Part shown: positions 17,997-26,501 of the stretch, one piece after another
Layout of the letters: each line of letters opens with the position of its first letter
How positions within the stretch are numbered: position 1 is the first letter of the stretch
Source: an uncultured Gemmatimonadales bacterium
Lineage (GTDB): Bacteria; Gemmatimonadota; Gemmatimonadetes; Gemmatimonadales; GWC2-71-9
Assembly (NCBI GenBank): GCA_963828735.1
Contig: CAWHFW010000005.1
Span: 64,001 to 128,000 of the forward strand
Direction of reading: 5' to 3'
DNA length: 64,000 nt
Program-made: the position numbers and the translations under genes
The notes under the pieces: model-generated
The model's database searches: none
Told to the model about the DNA's origin: nothing
What the model saw: only the letters and a program-made list of their open reading frames with translations

Positions 17997-19814
17997 ATGC
18001 AAGCTTTCCGCAATGCGGCCAAACCACTGATGGTGGTCGTGGCCCTCACGTTCTTCGCCTGGCTCGTCGTCGACTTGAGCGGCATCACCGGCAACACCGG
18101 GCTGCTCACCAAGACGGCCGTCGGCAAGGTCAATGGCCGCAGCATCGACGCGCGGACCTACCAGACAGTCGTCCAGCAGAGCATCGACGCCCGACAGCGC
18201 GAAGCGCCCGGGGCGCTCGGACTCGAGGACTACCAGCAGATCCGAGACCAGGTCTGGGAGCAGTTCGTCCAGAACACCGTGCTCGACGCGGAGTACAAGC
18301 GCCGCGGCATCTCGGTGTCGGAGGACGAGATCGTCGAGGCGATGCGCAACTCGCCGCCGCCCGAGTTCCAGAAGATTCCGGAGTTCCAGACCGACAGCCA
18401 GTTCGACCTCGGCAAGTATCAGCGGTGGCTCACCTCCAGCGTCGCGCAGCAGTACCTCCCGTCCCTCGAGGCCCAGTACCGCGAGCAGATCGAGCGCTCC
18501 AAGCTGCTCCGCGTCGTCACGGCCGACATCTACCTCTCCGACGCTGCGCTCTGGGAGCAGTACCGCGACGAGCACGAGATGGTGAAGGTCGGCCTCGCGG
18601 CCGTCATCGCTCGCAACGTCGTGCCCGACACGGCGGTGAAGCTGAGCGATGCCGAGATCAGCGCGTATTACAAGGCGCACCTCGACGACTTCGACCGGCC
18701 CGCGACCTCGTATCTCAGCTTCGTGGCGCTCCCACGGCTCACGACCGCCGGCGACACCGCGATCGCCCGCGCGCGCGCCGACTCCGTCCGGGCGGAGATC
18801 GCCGGCGGCGCCCCGTTCGCCGACGTGGCGCGGCGCGAATCATCCGACAGCGTGAGCGCGGCGCAAGGCGGCGACCTCGGTGAGTGGACCAAAGGCGCCA
18901 TGGATCCGGTCTTCGATTCGGCCGCGTCCAAGCTCCCGCTCAACACCCTGTCGGAGCCTGTCCTGTCGCAGTTCGGGTTCCACATCATCGAGATGACGAG
19001 TCGGAAGGGTGACAAGAGGAAGGGCCGCCACATCCTCATTCCGATCGAGGTGGCCGGCGCACACCGCGACCAACTCGACGCACAGGCCGACAGTCTCGAG
19101 AAGCTCGCCGCGGACAAGGCGGATCCGGCGGCCCTCGACACGGTGGCGCGAGCCCTCAAGCTCCCCGTCGGCAAGACAGGGCCGGTCCAGGAAGGCACGA
19201 AGGTTCAGGTGGGCAGCCTGGCGGTGCCGGATGCCGGCGTCTGGGCCTCGACGGCCAAGCAGGGGCAGACGAGTCCCGTCATCGAGACCTCGATCGCTTA
19301 CTACGTGTTCCGGGCGGACAGCCTTCAGCCCGCAGGCGTCCCGCCGCTGGGGCAGGTCCGCGAGATCGTGGCCTATCAGGCGCGGGCCGAGAAGAAGCTC
19401 GAGCGAGGGCGTGAGATCGCCCGCGAGTTCCTCAAGCGCGTCCAGGCGGGGGGAACGCTCGAGGCCGTGGCGGACTCGATGAAGCTGCCCTACAAGGAAT
19501 TTGGGCCGTTCTCGCGGGTGAGCCCGCCGGTGGACGATCCCGTTGTGGTGGGTACGGCCTTCGGGCTCGACGTGGGTCAGCAGAGCGGCCTGATCGACAC
19601 CAAGCAGGGCATCTACGTCCTCAAGACGCTGGAGCACACGAAGGCGGACTCGGCCGCGTTCCTCAAGGAGCTCGACGCCTATCGCGCGCGGATGATCAAC
19701 CTCGCGCGCCAGGACCGGGTGCGGAACTACCTCGAGGCCCTGCGGCAGGCCGCCAAGGTGGTGGACGATCGGAAGAAGGTGCTGCAGCAGGCGGGGCCCG
19801 CGCCGACGTCGTAA
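17997..19814 (+). CDS. SurA N-terminal domain / PpiD-like peptidyl-prolyl isomerase
   Basis: N-terminal TM anchor; VGKVNG; parvulin motifs FADVARRESSD, GGDLG and SQFGFHII. Confidence 0.88.
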   Translation: MQAFRNAAKPLMVVVALTFFAWLVVDLSGITGNTGLLTKTAVGKVNGRSIDARTYQTVVQQSIDARQREAPGALGLEDYQQIRDQVWEQFVQNTVLDAEYKRRGISVSEDEIVEAMRNSPPPEFQKIPEFQTDSQFDLGKYQRWLTSSVAQQYLPSLEAQYREQIERSKLLRVVTADIYLSDAALWEQYRDEHEMVKVGLAAVIARNVVPDTAVKLSDAEISAYYKAHLDDFDRPATSYLSFVALPRLTTAGDTAIARARADSVRAEIAGGAPFADVARRESSDSVSAAQGGDLGEWTKGAMDPVFDSAASKLPLNTLSEPVLSQFGFHIIEMTSRKGDKRKGRHILIPIEVAGAHRDQLDAQADSLEKLAADKADPAALDTVARALKLPVGKTGPVQEGTKVQVGSLAVPDAGVWASTAKQGQTSPVIETSIAYYVFRADSLQPAGVPPLGQVREIVAYQARAEKKLERGREIAREFLKRVQAGGTLEAVADSMKLPYKEFGPFSRVSPPVDDPVVVGTAFGLDVGQQSGLIDTKQGIYVLKTLEHTKADSAAFLKELDAYRARMINLARQDRVRNYLEALRQAAKVVDDRKKVLQQAGPAPTS

Positions 19815-19862
19815 GCGCCGGCCTGGCGATTCGACAGGCAATTTCGAAGGTCAGGATGGCAC

Positions 19863-19894
19863 AAGGGGGGCATGCATGAATGCATGCCCCCCTT
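19863..19894. terminator. Bidirectional hairpin terminator between convergent ppiD-like gene and tatA
   Basis: AAGGGGGGCATGCA-TGAA-TGCATGCCCCCCTT, perfect 14-bp stem. Confidence 0.75.
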
Positions 19895-19941
19895 CGCTGT
19901 TCGGGAACGGCCCGAAGTCCGATCGGTGTCCGCCAGCCACC

Positions 19942-20199
19942 CTACTGCGACAGCCGCTTCGGCTCTCCGCTATTCGCGTTCGGCGCCTGCTGATTCTGCG
20001 CGTCCGGCTGGCGCGAGGCGAGATTGCGCTGCGCCTCGTCCGGCCCCATGATCGCTTCCGTGGTGTCGGTCAGGCTCCGCTTGAACTCACGAATGCCCTT
20101 GCCGATCGAGGACCCCACCTCCGGCAGCCGCTTGGCGCCGAACAGCAGGAGCACCACCACCATGATCAGCATGATTTCGGTAAAACCGAGGTTGCCCAC
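19942..20199 (-). CDS. tatA: Twin-arginine translocase TatA/TatE subunit
   Basis: LGFTEIMLIMVVVLLLFGAKRLPEVGSSIGKGIREFK. Confidence 0.95.
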   Translation of the reverse strand: MGNLGFTEIMLIMVVVLLLFGAKRLPEVGSSIGKGIREFKRSLTDTTEAIMGPDEAQRNLASRQPDAQNQQAPNANSGEPKRLSQ

Positions 20200-20208
20200 G
20201 GGGACCCC

Positions 20209-20478
20209 CTAGAAAATCGAGCGGGCGATCAGGTACGCCACCAGGACGCCGATCAGGGCCAGCAGCGAGACGTGCAGACCGATCGGGCCCAGGGTGAAGT
20301 TTATCACCAGGAGGTCGGCGGAGACAGGGCCGAAATTGGCCGTCCAGGTACTGGTGAAGAACGTACGCGCGGCGCTCTCCGGCAGCGTCTGCCGGAGAAG
20401 CGCGGTGAGTGCTCCGCCTCCGATGAACCCCGCGACGAGGATCCCGAGGTAGAACCCCGGCCGATGGGGACCGGCCAT
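20209..20478 (-). CDS. Small membrane protein, DUF4321-like
   Basis: Two hydrophobic segments flanking GPVSADLLVINFTLG. Confidence 0.7.
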   Translation of the reverse strand: MAGPHRPGFYLGILVAGFIGGGALTALLRQTLPESAARTFFTSTWTANFGPVSADLLVINFTLGPIGLHVSLLALIGVLVAYLIARSIF

Positions 20479-21467
20479 CAGCGCCTGCGATCCACGACGT
20501 AGGTGATCGCCGCCCGGAGCGCGTCGCGCGCGGGCGACGGCGGCAGCGCATCGAGCTCGCCGTCCGCCTGCTGGGCGAGCCGCAGCGCGCGCTCGCGCGC
20601 GTAGTCCAGTCCGCCCGCCTCCGCCACCGCCGCGACCACCTCGGCGATCTGCGGGTCGTCCGGCTCGGGAGTGTCCATCAGGGCATCCACCTGCGAGCGG
20701 GCCGCCGCGCCCATCCGCGGCAGCGCGGCGATGAGGGGCAGCGTGACCTTGTGCTCGCGCAGATCGGAGCCCGTCGGCTTACCGGTGACGGACGGGTCGC
20801 CGACGTAGTCGAGGAGGTCGTCCACGATCTGAAACGCCATGCCGAGCGCCTCGCCGTAGCGGCGGAGCGCGGCGCGCTCGCCGGGCGCCGCGCGCAGGGC
20901 GCCCACCTCGCATGCCCCCGACAGGAGCGACGCGGTCTTCGCCTGGATCAGGAGGTCGTACGCCTCTTCCGAGAACTGGAGCGGCTCGTGCGCCAGGAGC
21001 TGCCGCATCTCGCCCACGGTCATCTCGTTGGTCACGCGGCTCAGCACGCGGAGCGGCTCCAGGTCGTCGAGCCGCACCAGCTCGATCACGGCGCGCGAGT
21101 ACAGGTAGTCGCCCATGATGACCGACACCTGGTGGCTGAACAGCGAGTTGATGGTCGGCATGCCCCGCCGGAGCACCGAGTGGTCCACGGAGTCGTCGTG
21201 CACCAGCGTCGCCACGTGAATCAGCTCGATCACCGCGGCGAGGGTCACGGTGCGCGGGTCGCGCGACCCGGTCGCCTCGTCGGCCAGCAACAGCAGGGTC
21301 GGGCGGAACATCTTGCCCTGCATCTGGAAGAGATGCGAGTTGACCTGCGCGATCAGGCCGAAATCCGCCTCGACGATCCGGCGGACCTCGTGCGGCACGC
21401 GGTCGAGCCGGCCGCGCACCGGACTCTGCAAATCGGCGAGGGTGATCGGGACGATCTGAGAGCTCAT
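20478..21467 (-). CDS. Polyprenyl diphosphate synthase (IspB-like)
   Basis: GKMFRP; LVHDDSVD..RRG; KTASL; FQIVDDLLD; GKP.GSDLRE.K.TLP. Confidence 0.93.
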   Translation of the reverse strand: MSSQIVPITLADLQSPVRGRLDRVPHEVRRIVEADFGLIAQVNSHLFQMQGKMFRPTLLLLADEATGSRDPRTVTLAAVIELIHVATLVHDDSVDHSVLRRGMPTINSLFSHQVSVIMGDYLYSRAVIELVRLDDLEPLRVLSRVTNEMTVGEMRQLLAHEPLQFSEEAYDLLIQAKTASLLSGACEVGALRAAPGERAALRRYGEALGMAFQIVDDLLDYVGDPSVTGKPTGSDLREHKVTLPLIAALPRMGAAARSQVDALMDTPEPDDPQIAEVVAAVAEAGGLDYARERALRLAQQADGELDALPPSPARDALRAAITYVVDRRR

Positions 21468-23722
21468 TCGCGCCGCCCCGCCGTGAGTCGGTGGATGCGC
21501 TCGCTCAGGTCCATGAACTGGATGTCCACCGCCATCGCGCGCTCGTAGCTCGTGATGGCGTCAGCGCCCTTCCCCTGCGCCTCCAGCGCGCGGCCGAGCC
21601 AGTAGATCAGGCCGATCTTCGCCTCGTCGCCGCCGTCGACGCTATCGACGGCGCGCCGGAGCACCGCCTCGGACACCGCGAACTGGCCCTTCTCGAAGAA
21701 GGCCATTCCGAGCGCCTCCGACGTGCGGAGGCGGCCCTCGGGCGCCCGCAGGGCCTTCTGGAACTCCGCGATGGCCTCGTCGAGCAGCCCCATCTCCTTG
21801 AACGCCACGCCGAGGTCGTAGTGCGCCTGGTAGTCATCGGAATCGAGGTTCTGCTCGATGCCGCGCTTGAACTGCTCCAGGATCTCCTTGAACTCCCGCT
21901 GCTCGTCCTCGTCCTGCGGCTCGCGGCGCTCGATGCGCATGCGCGTGTCGCGGGGCGCGGACTCCTCGAAGATCATCGAGCCGAGGTCCACGAACGGATC
22001 GCTCCCGACGGCCGCCGGCGGCGGAGCTGGCGGCGGGGGTGTGGGAGGAGCCGGCGGGAGGGCGGGCATCGATGCGGCCGGCCGACTCGCCGGTGGCGCC
22101 GGCGTGCTCGCCGGTGCGGCCGGGGGCGCGGTCAGCGCCGTAACGGCCGCCGATGCGCGATCATTGGCGGGGTCGTGCTCCTGCACGCGGCGATACACGG
22201 CGAGGGCCTTGTCGGTCGCCCCTGCTCGGCCGAGCGCGTCGCCCAGCGAGAGGTAGGCATCCAAGAGCGGGGCCCGCTCACCGGTCCGGAAGGCCAGCTC
22301 GACCCGCTTCTGATGATGGTGGATCGCGTCCGGCTCCAGGGCGACGAGGCGGTCCCCGATCCCCGTTGCACCCTGCCAGTCCTCGGCACGCTCGTAGCCT
22401 TCGAGCGCGAGCCGCAGCTCCTCCGCGGCGCGGGGCAGCTCGCCCACGAGCAGCAGTCGGTCCGCCAGCTCGCGATGGAGATCCGGGTTGTCCGGATCGT
22501 CGACGATCCGGTCCTCGAACTCCGCGACCTCGTCCGCCGGCGCCCCCGCGTAGTCCTCCGCCCTCGGGTCCGCTTCCGCTCCCGCCTCGATCAGCGGCAG
22601 CCCCGTGGTGGCCGACGGCGATGGCTCCGCCGCCTCGTCTTCGATGAAATCGAGATCGAGGTCGTCCACGGCCGCCACCGTCTCGGTGAAGTCCACCTCG
22701 GTCGCCGCGAGGGACAGGTCGAGATCCTCAGCGGTATCGAGGAGGCCTTCGACCGGCGCCGCGTCCACCTCTTCGTCTATCGGCAGCACCGTCGACTCGA
22801 GGGGCAACCCCTCGAAGCTGAGATCGGCGGCCGGCGTCTCGAGCTCGAGTCCCGCCACCAGGCCGACGGGCTCGGTCGGCGCGTCGGCCTCGATCGTCTG
22901 TTCCAGCCCCGCGAGTGCCTCCGCCGCCGCCGGCTCCTCGACACCCGTGTAGTCCGGCTGAGTGAGCTCGAGTCCCTCTGGCGGCGGGGCGTCCACGGAC
23001 ACGGGCGGCTCCGCGGGCGCCGCCGCCGCGGGCGGCGTCGTCGGCACGTCGAGCCCGGTGTCGAGGAAGACGAGATCGCCCCGGCTCCGTGGGGTCGGCC
23101 GTGGGGGTGCAGGTGCCGCCGCATCTGCGCCCTCGCCGGCCGGCGCCACAGGATGCGCGGGGCCGCCGCCGGCGAGCTCGAGATCGCCGGCGATCTTGGC
23201 GAGCTGCTCGAGCGCCTCTTCTTCCCTCGAAGCCGCGCGCAGCAACTCGACCAGCATCATGCGGATTTCCTGGCTCCCCGAGAACTGATCCGCGAACTCC
23301 TTGACCGACTGAAACGCCTGGTCCAGCTGTCCGAGCCCGTTCATCCGTTCGAGGAATTCGATCAGGTTCCGCTTGGCCTCGATGACGACGTTCTTGCGGG
23401 CGTGGAGCTGGGCCAGCTTGAGGTAGGTCTGCGTTCGACCGGGGTTGACTCGCAGAATCTTTCCGCAGAGCGCGATCGCGTTGTTGAAGAACCCCTGATC
23501 CGCGTACAGGTCGACCGCCCGCTCATAGGAGCGCACCGCGGCCGCGGTATCGTTGATCTTGAGGTAGAGGTCGCCGACGCGATTGTAGAGCGAGAGGTCC
23601 GGGCTGGTATCGGCCCCGGATTCGATTTGCTGGATGGCTTTGAGGTAGACGTCGATCGCCTTTCGCCAGTCCTCCTTCTGCTCGAACTTCCGCGCCGAGT
23701 CTTTCAGCTTTTCCAGATTCAT
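21464..23722 (-). CDS. Multi-TPR protein with acidic low-complexity linker
   Basis: Three TPR clusters; C-terminal HYDLGVAFKEMGLLDEAIAEFQKA. Confidence 0.85.
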   Translation of the reverse strand: MNLEKLKDSARKFEQKEDWRKAIDVYLKAIQQIESGADTSPDLSLYNRVGDLYLKINDTAAAVRSYERAVDLYADQGFFNNAIALCGKILRVNPGRTQTYLKLAQLHARKNVVIEAKRNLIEFLERMNGLGQLDQAFQSVKEFADQFSGSQEIRMMLVELLRAASREEEALEQLAKIAGDLELAGGGPAHPVAPAGEGADAAAPAPPRPTPRSRGDLVFLDTGLDVPTTPPAAAAPAEPPVSVDAPPPEGLELTQPDYTGVEEPAAAEALAGLEQTIEADAPTEPVGLVAGLELETPAADLSFEGLPLESTVLPIDEEVDAAPVEGLLDTAEDLDLSLAATEVDFTETVAAVDDLDLDFIEDEAAEPSPSATTGLPLIEAGAEADPRAEDYAGAPADEVAEFEDRIVDDPDNPDLHRELADRLLLVGELPRAAEELRLALEGYERAEDWQGATGIGDRLVALEPDAIHHHQKRVELAFRTGERAPLLDAYLSLGDALGRAGATDKALAVYRRVQEHDPANDRASAAVTALTAPPAAPASTPAPPASRPAASMPALPPAPPTPPPPAPPPAAVGSDPFVDLGSMIFEESAPRDTRMRIERREPQDEDEQREFKEILEQFKRGIEQNLDSDDYQAHYDLGVAFKEMGLLDEAIAEFQKALRAPEGRLRTSEALGMAFFEKGQFAVSEAVLRRAVDSVDGGDEAKIGLIYWLGRALEAQGKGADAITSYERAMAVDIQFMDLSERIHRLTAGRRE

Positions 23723-23817
23723 GCGGCTCGGGCTGGAGAAGGGAGACCAGAGATAAGGCTAGGAGTGAGCGAAAAGTACCGGGCTGCCACCCCCCCGGCA
23801 AGCAGGTGCGCGCGGGC

Positions 23818-25347
23818 CTACGCGACCCCCGGATCGAGCTCGCCGAGGGCCACCGCGCGGGCCAGCCGCTCGAGGTCCGGAGCGGGCGGGCGGTCGGCCA
23901 CGAGGGGGGGCACCGCGGGACTGAGCCCCCGCAGACGGCGATACAGCGTCCCGACCCCGCGTCCCGGCGCGAGGGGCTTCAGGAACTCGAGGCCCTGCGC
24001 CGCGCACAAGAGCTCGGCCGCCACGACGCGCTGCGCGTTGGCCAAGATCCGCTGCGCCTTCCACGCCGACGCCATCCCCATGGGGACGAAGTCCTCCTGA
24101 TTGGCGTCCGTCGGTATGGAGCCGATGCTTGCCGGCATGGCGATGGCTCGCGACTCCGCGACCAGCGACGCCGCCGTGATCTGCACCATCATGAACCCGC
24201 TGGAGAGACCGGGGTCGTCGGTCAGAAACGCCGGCAGCCCCTGGGAGAGATCGGGGTTGACGAGGCGCTCGACTCTTCGCTCGGCGATCGCCTGCAGGGT
24301 CGTGAGCGTCATCGCCAGCACGTCCAGCGCCTGGGCCACGGGCTGACCGTGGAAGTTGCCGCCCGAGATGACGTCGCCGTTTCCGAAGACCAGCGGATTG
24401 TCGGTCGACGCATTGAGCTCGACGGCGACCGTCTCCTCCGCGAAGCGGATCGCGTCCGCCACGGCGCCAAGCACCTGCGGCGCGCACCGGAGACTGTACG
24501 CGTCCTGCACGCGAGGATCGTTCTCCCGGTGCGACTCGCGGATCTCGCTGTCGACGAGAAGCCCGCGCATCAGATCCGCGGCTTCCGCCTGGCCGCGATG
24601 CGGGCGGGCGGCGTGGATGCGCGGGTCGAGCGGGGCCGGCGTGCCGCGGAGCGCTTCGAGGCTCATCGCCGCCGCACCCACGGCGGTCCGCCAGAGCACC
24701 CGCGCGTCGTGGGCGAGCAGCGCGAGCAGCGCGGTCTGCGCCTGCGTGCCGTTGATGAACGCGAGGCCTTCCTTCGGCGCCAGGACGAATGGAGCGAGGC
24801 CGGCGGCCGCGAGGGCGTCGTGCGCCGGAGTCGTCCCCGTGCGACCCAGGACGTCGCCCTCTCCCATCAGCGCCAGGGCGATGTGGCTCAGCGGGGCCAG
24901 GTCTCCGCTCGCGCCCACGCTGCCCTGCTCCGGGACCAGCGGGACGATGCCCGCGTTGAGCAGCGCCACCACGGCGTCCACGAGCTCCGGCCGGACGCCG
25001 CTCGTGGGACGGAGGAGGACGTTGGCACGCAGCAGCATGACCGCGCGCACCACCTCCGCGCCCATCGCCGCTCCGACGCCGGCGGCGTGGCTTCGGATCA
25101 GGTTGACCTGGAGCTGGTCCAGCTTGTCCGGTGGCACCCGCACGTTGGCGAGTTTGCCGAAGCCGGTGTTGATCCCGTAGATCGTCTGCCCCGACGCGAT
25201 CGCGGCCTCCACCAGGCGTCGGCTGCCGAGCAGCGCCTGTCGCGCGCCGCCGTCCACGCCCACGCGGACCGACGGATTCCGGGCAACGCGCACGACGTCC
25301 ATGACCGTGAGCGAGCGGCCATCGAGCGTGCAGTCTGAGGCAGGCAT
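23818..25347 (-). CDS. hutH: Histidine ammonia-lyase
   Basis: YGINTGFG, SHAAG, GSVGASGDLAPL (MIO-forming ASG), QDAYSLRC and GGNFHG motifs. Confidence 0.95.
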   Translation of the reverse strand: MPASDCTLDGRSLTVMDVVRVARNPSVRVGVDGGARQALLGSRRLVEAAIASGQTIYGINTGFGKLANVRVPPDKLDQLQVNLIRSHAAGVGAAMGAEVVRAVMLLRANVLLRPTSGVRPELVDAVVALLNAGIVPLVPEQGSVGASGDLAPLSHIALALMGEGDVLGRTGTTPAHDALAAAGLAPFVLAPKEGLAFINGTQAQTALLALLAHDARVLWRTAVGAAAMSLEALRGTPAPLDPRIHAARPHRGQAEAADLMRGLLVDSEIRESHRENDPRVQDAYSLRCAPQVLGAVADAIRFAEETVAVELNASTDNPLVFGNGDVISGGNFHGQPVAQALDVLAMTLTTLQAIAERRVERLVNPDLSQGLPAFLTDDPGLSSGFMMVQITAASLVAESRAIAMPASIGSIPTDANQEDFVPMGMASAWKAQRILANAQRVVAAELLCAAQGLEFLKPLAPGRGVGTLYRRLRGLSPAVPPLVADRPPAPDLERLARAVALGELDPGVA

Positions 25348-25523
25348 GGCCCGAAGTAACCCGGGGCGGCGCACGGATTCAACCCCCGCACGTTCCCGGA
25401 TTGCCCGTGACACGCGAAGGGGCGAGGCGGCCCGTCACGACCCTCCGCCGTGGCGCACCGCCCCGCCCCTTCGCGCGTCGGCCGTGGCTCGTGGTGGCCG
25501 CGGGGACGCTGGGAGCTGATCAG

Positions 25524-26372
25524 CTATTTCGAGGCGTGCCGCACCAGGAGCTCGGGGTTGCCCGGGTCGGTCTGATAGGCCCAGTCGAGGATCAGGAAGT
25601 CGTGCCCGACGTGGCTGACGCGGACGGCGCCGTAGCGCTTGAACCCGTCACCGCCGTTCATCTCGAACACGTACCCATATCCCGGAATCGCGAGGATCCC
25701 CGACGTCCGGTACGCGCGGTCGGCCGCGAAGTCGATCGAGGTCAAGTCCTCCACGGGATTGTTCTCGTCGTAGTACTCGACGCCGGTGCCGGCGCGAACC
25801 GGCGTGAGATAGAGATCGCCGATGCCGTCGCGGTCCACGAAGAAGTCGATACTGGCGGCCGAGCCCGCGCGGATCAGGCCCAACTCCGCATCCTGGACGC
25901 CGCCGTCACCGTTGAGGTCGTCCCAGAAGCGGAAGCCGCTGCCCGCATCCTGGAACTCGAACGCGTAGAGGATCGTGTTCCGGGAGTCGGGGCGCGGCGT
26001 GTCGGACCGAACCGGCGATTGACCGCTCTCGGACCCGTCGATGCTCACCGCGGTGACCGCGTAGCAGTGGGGCACGCCGTTGGCAAGCGCGCCGACGATG
26101 AACTCCGGCGCCACGGTGGTTCCCTCGAGCTGCCAGGTCGAGCCGCACTGATTCTGATCGAGATCGTAGGAGGTGCTGTAGACCCGGTAGTTCTGGAAGT
26201 TGCCTGGAGCCGAGACGTACGAGTTGTCGGTCCAGGTGAGGGCGATGGCGCCGTCTAGCGAGGTGCTGGACAGGCTCGCGGGCACATCGGGAGGTGCGCC
26301 GGGCCCGGTCTGGTTGTCCGACGAGCATGCGGCCACCGCGGCGAGGGCGCCGAGCATCCACCAACCACGCAT
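25524..26372 (-). CDS. Lipoprotein with fibronectin type III-like domain
   Basis: Lipobox VAAC; ALTW..YRVY..YAVTAVS FN3 pattern; DLNGDG Ca-binding-like loop; GGAGA SD. Confidence 0.75.
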   Translation of the reverse strand: MRGWWMLGALAAVAACSSDNQTGPGAPPDVPASLSSTSLDGAIALTWTDNSYVSAPGNFQNYRVYSTSYDLDQNQCGSTWQLEGTTVAPEFIVGALANGVPHCYAVTAVSIDGSESGQSPVRSDTPRPDSRNTILYAFEFQDAGSGFRFWDDLNGDGGVQDAELGLIRAGSAASIDFFVDRDGIGDLYLTPVRAGTGVEYYDENNPVEDLTSIDFAADRAYRTSGILAIPGYGYVFEMNGGDGFKRYGAVRVSHVGHDFLILDWAYQTDPGNPELLVRHASK

Positions 26373-26404
26373 AGGTGTCTCCGAAGGGGTTTCGCCTGCG
26401 GATG

Positions 26405-26420
26405 AGCGAAACGCGTGCCA
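26405..26420 (-). promoter_or_regulatory. Putative sigma54 promoter TGGCACG-CGTT-TCGCT
   Basis: GG-N10-GC with the TGGCACG consensus, about 30 bp upstream of the lipoprotein start. Confidence 0.55.
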
Positions 26421-26501
26421 CCGTACCGATGCCATAAACCGTTACTGTACAGCTACTTATCGCGACAAACCGGCAGCCAGCCGTCCCGATCCGGGGACAG
26501 G

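Noticed and set aside
25348..25360. Leaderless promoter for hutH
   Set aside because: GTTACTTC does not give a clean TANNNT at the expected spacing
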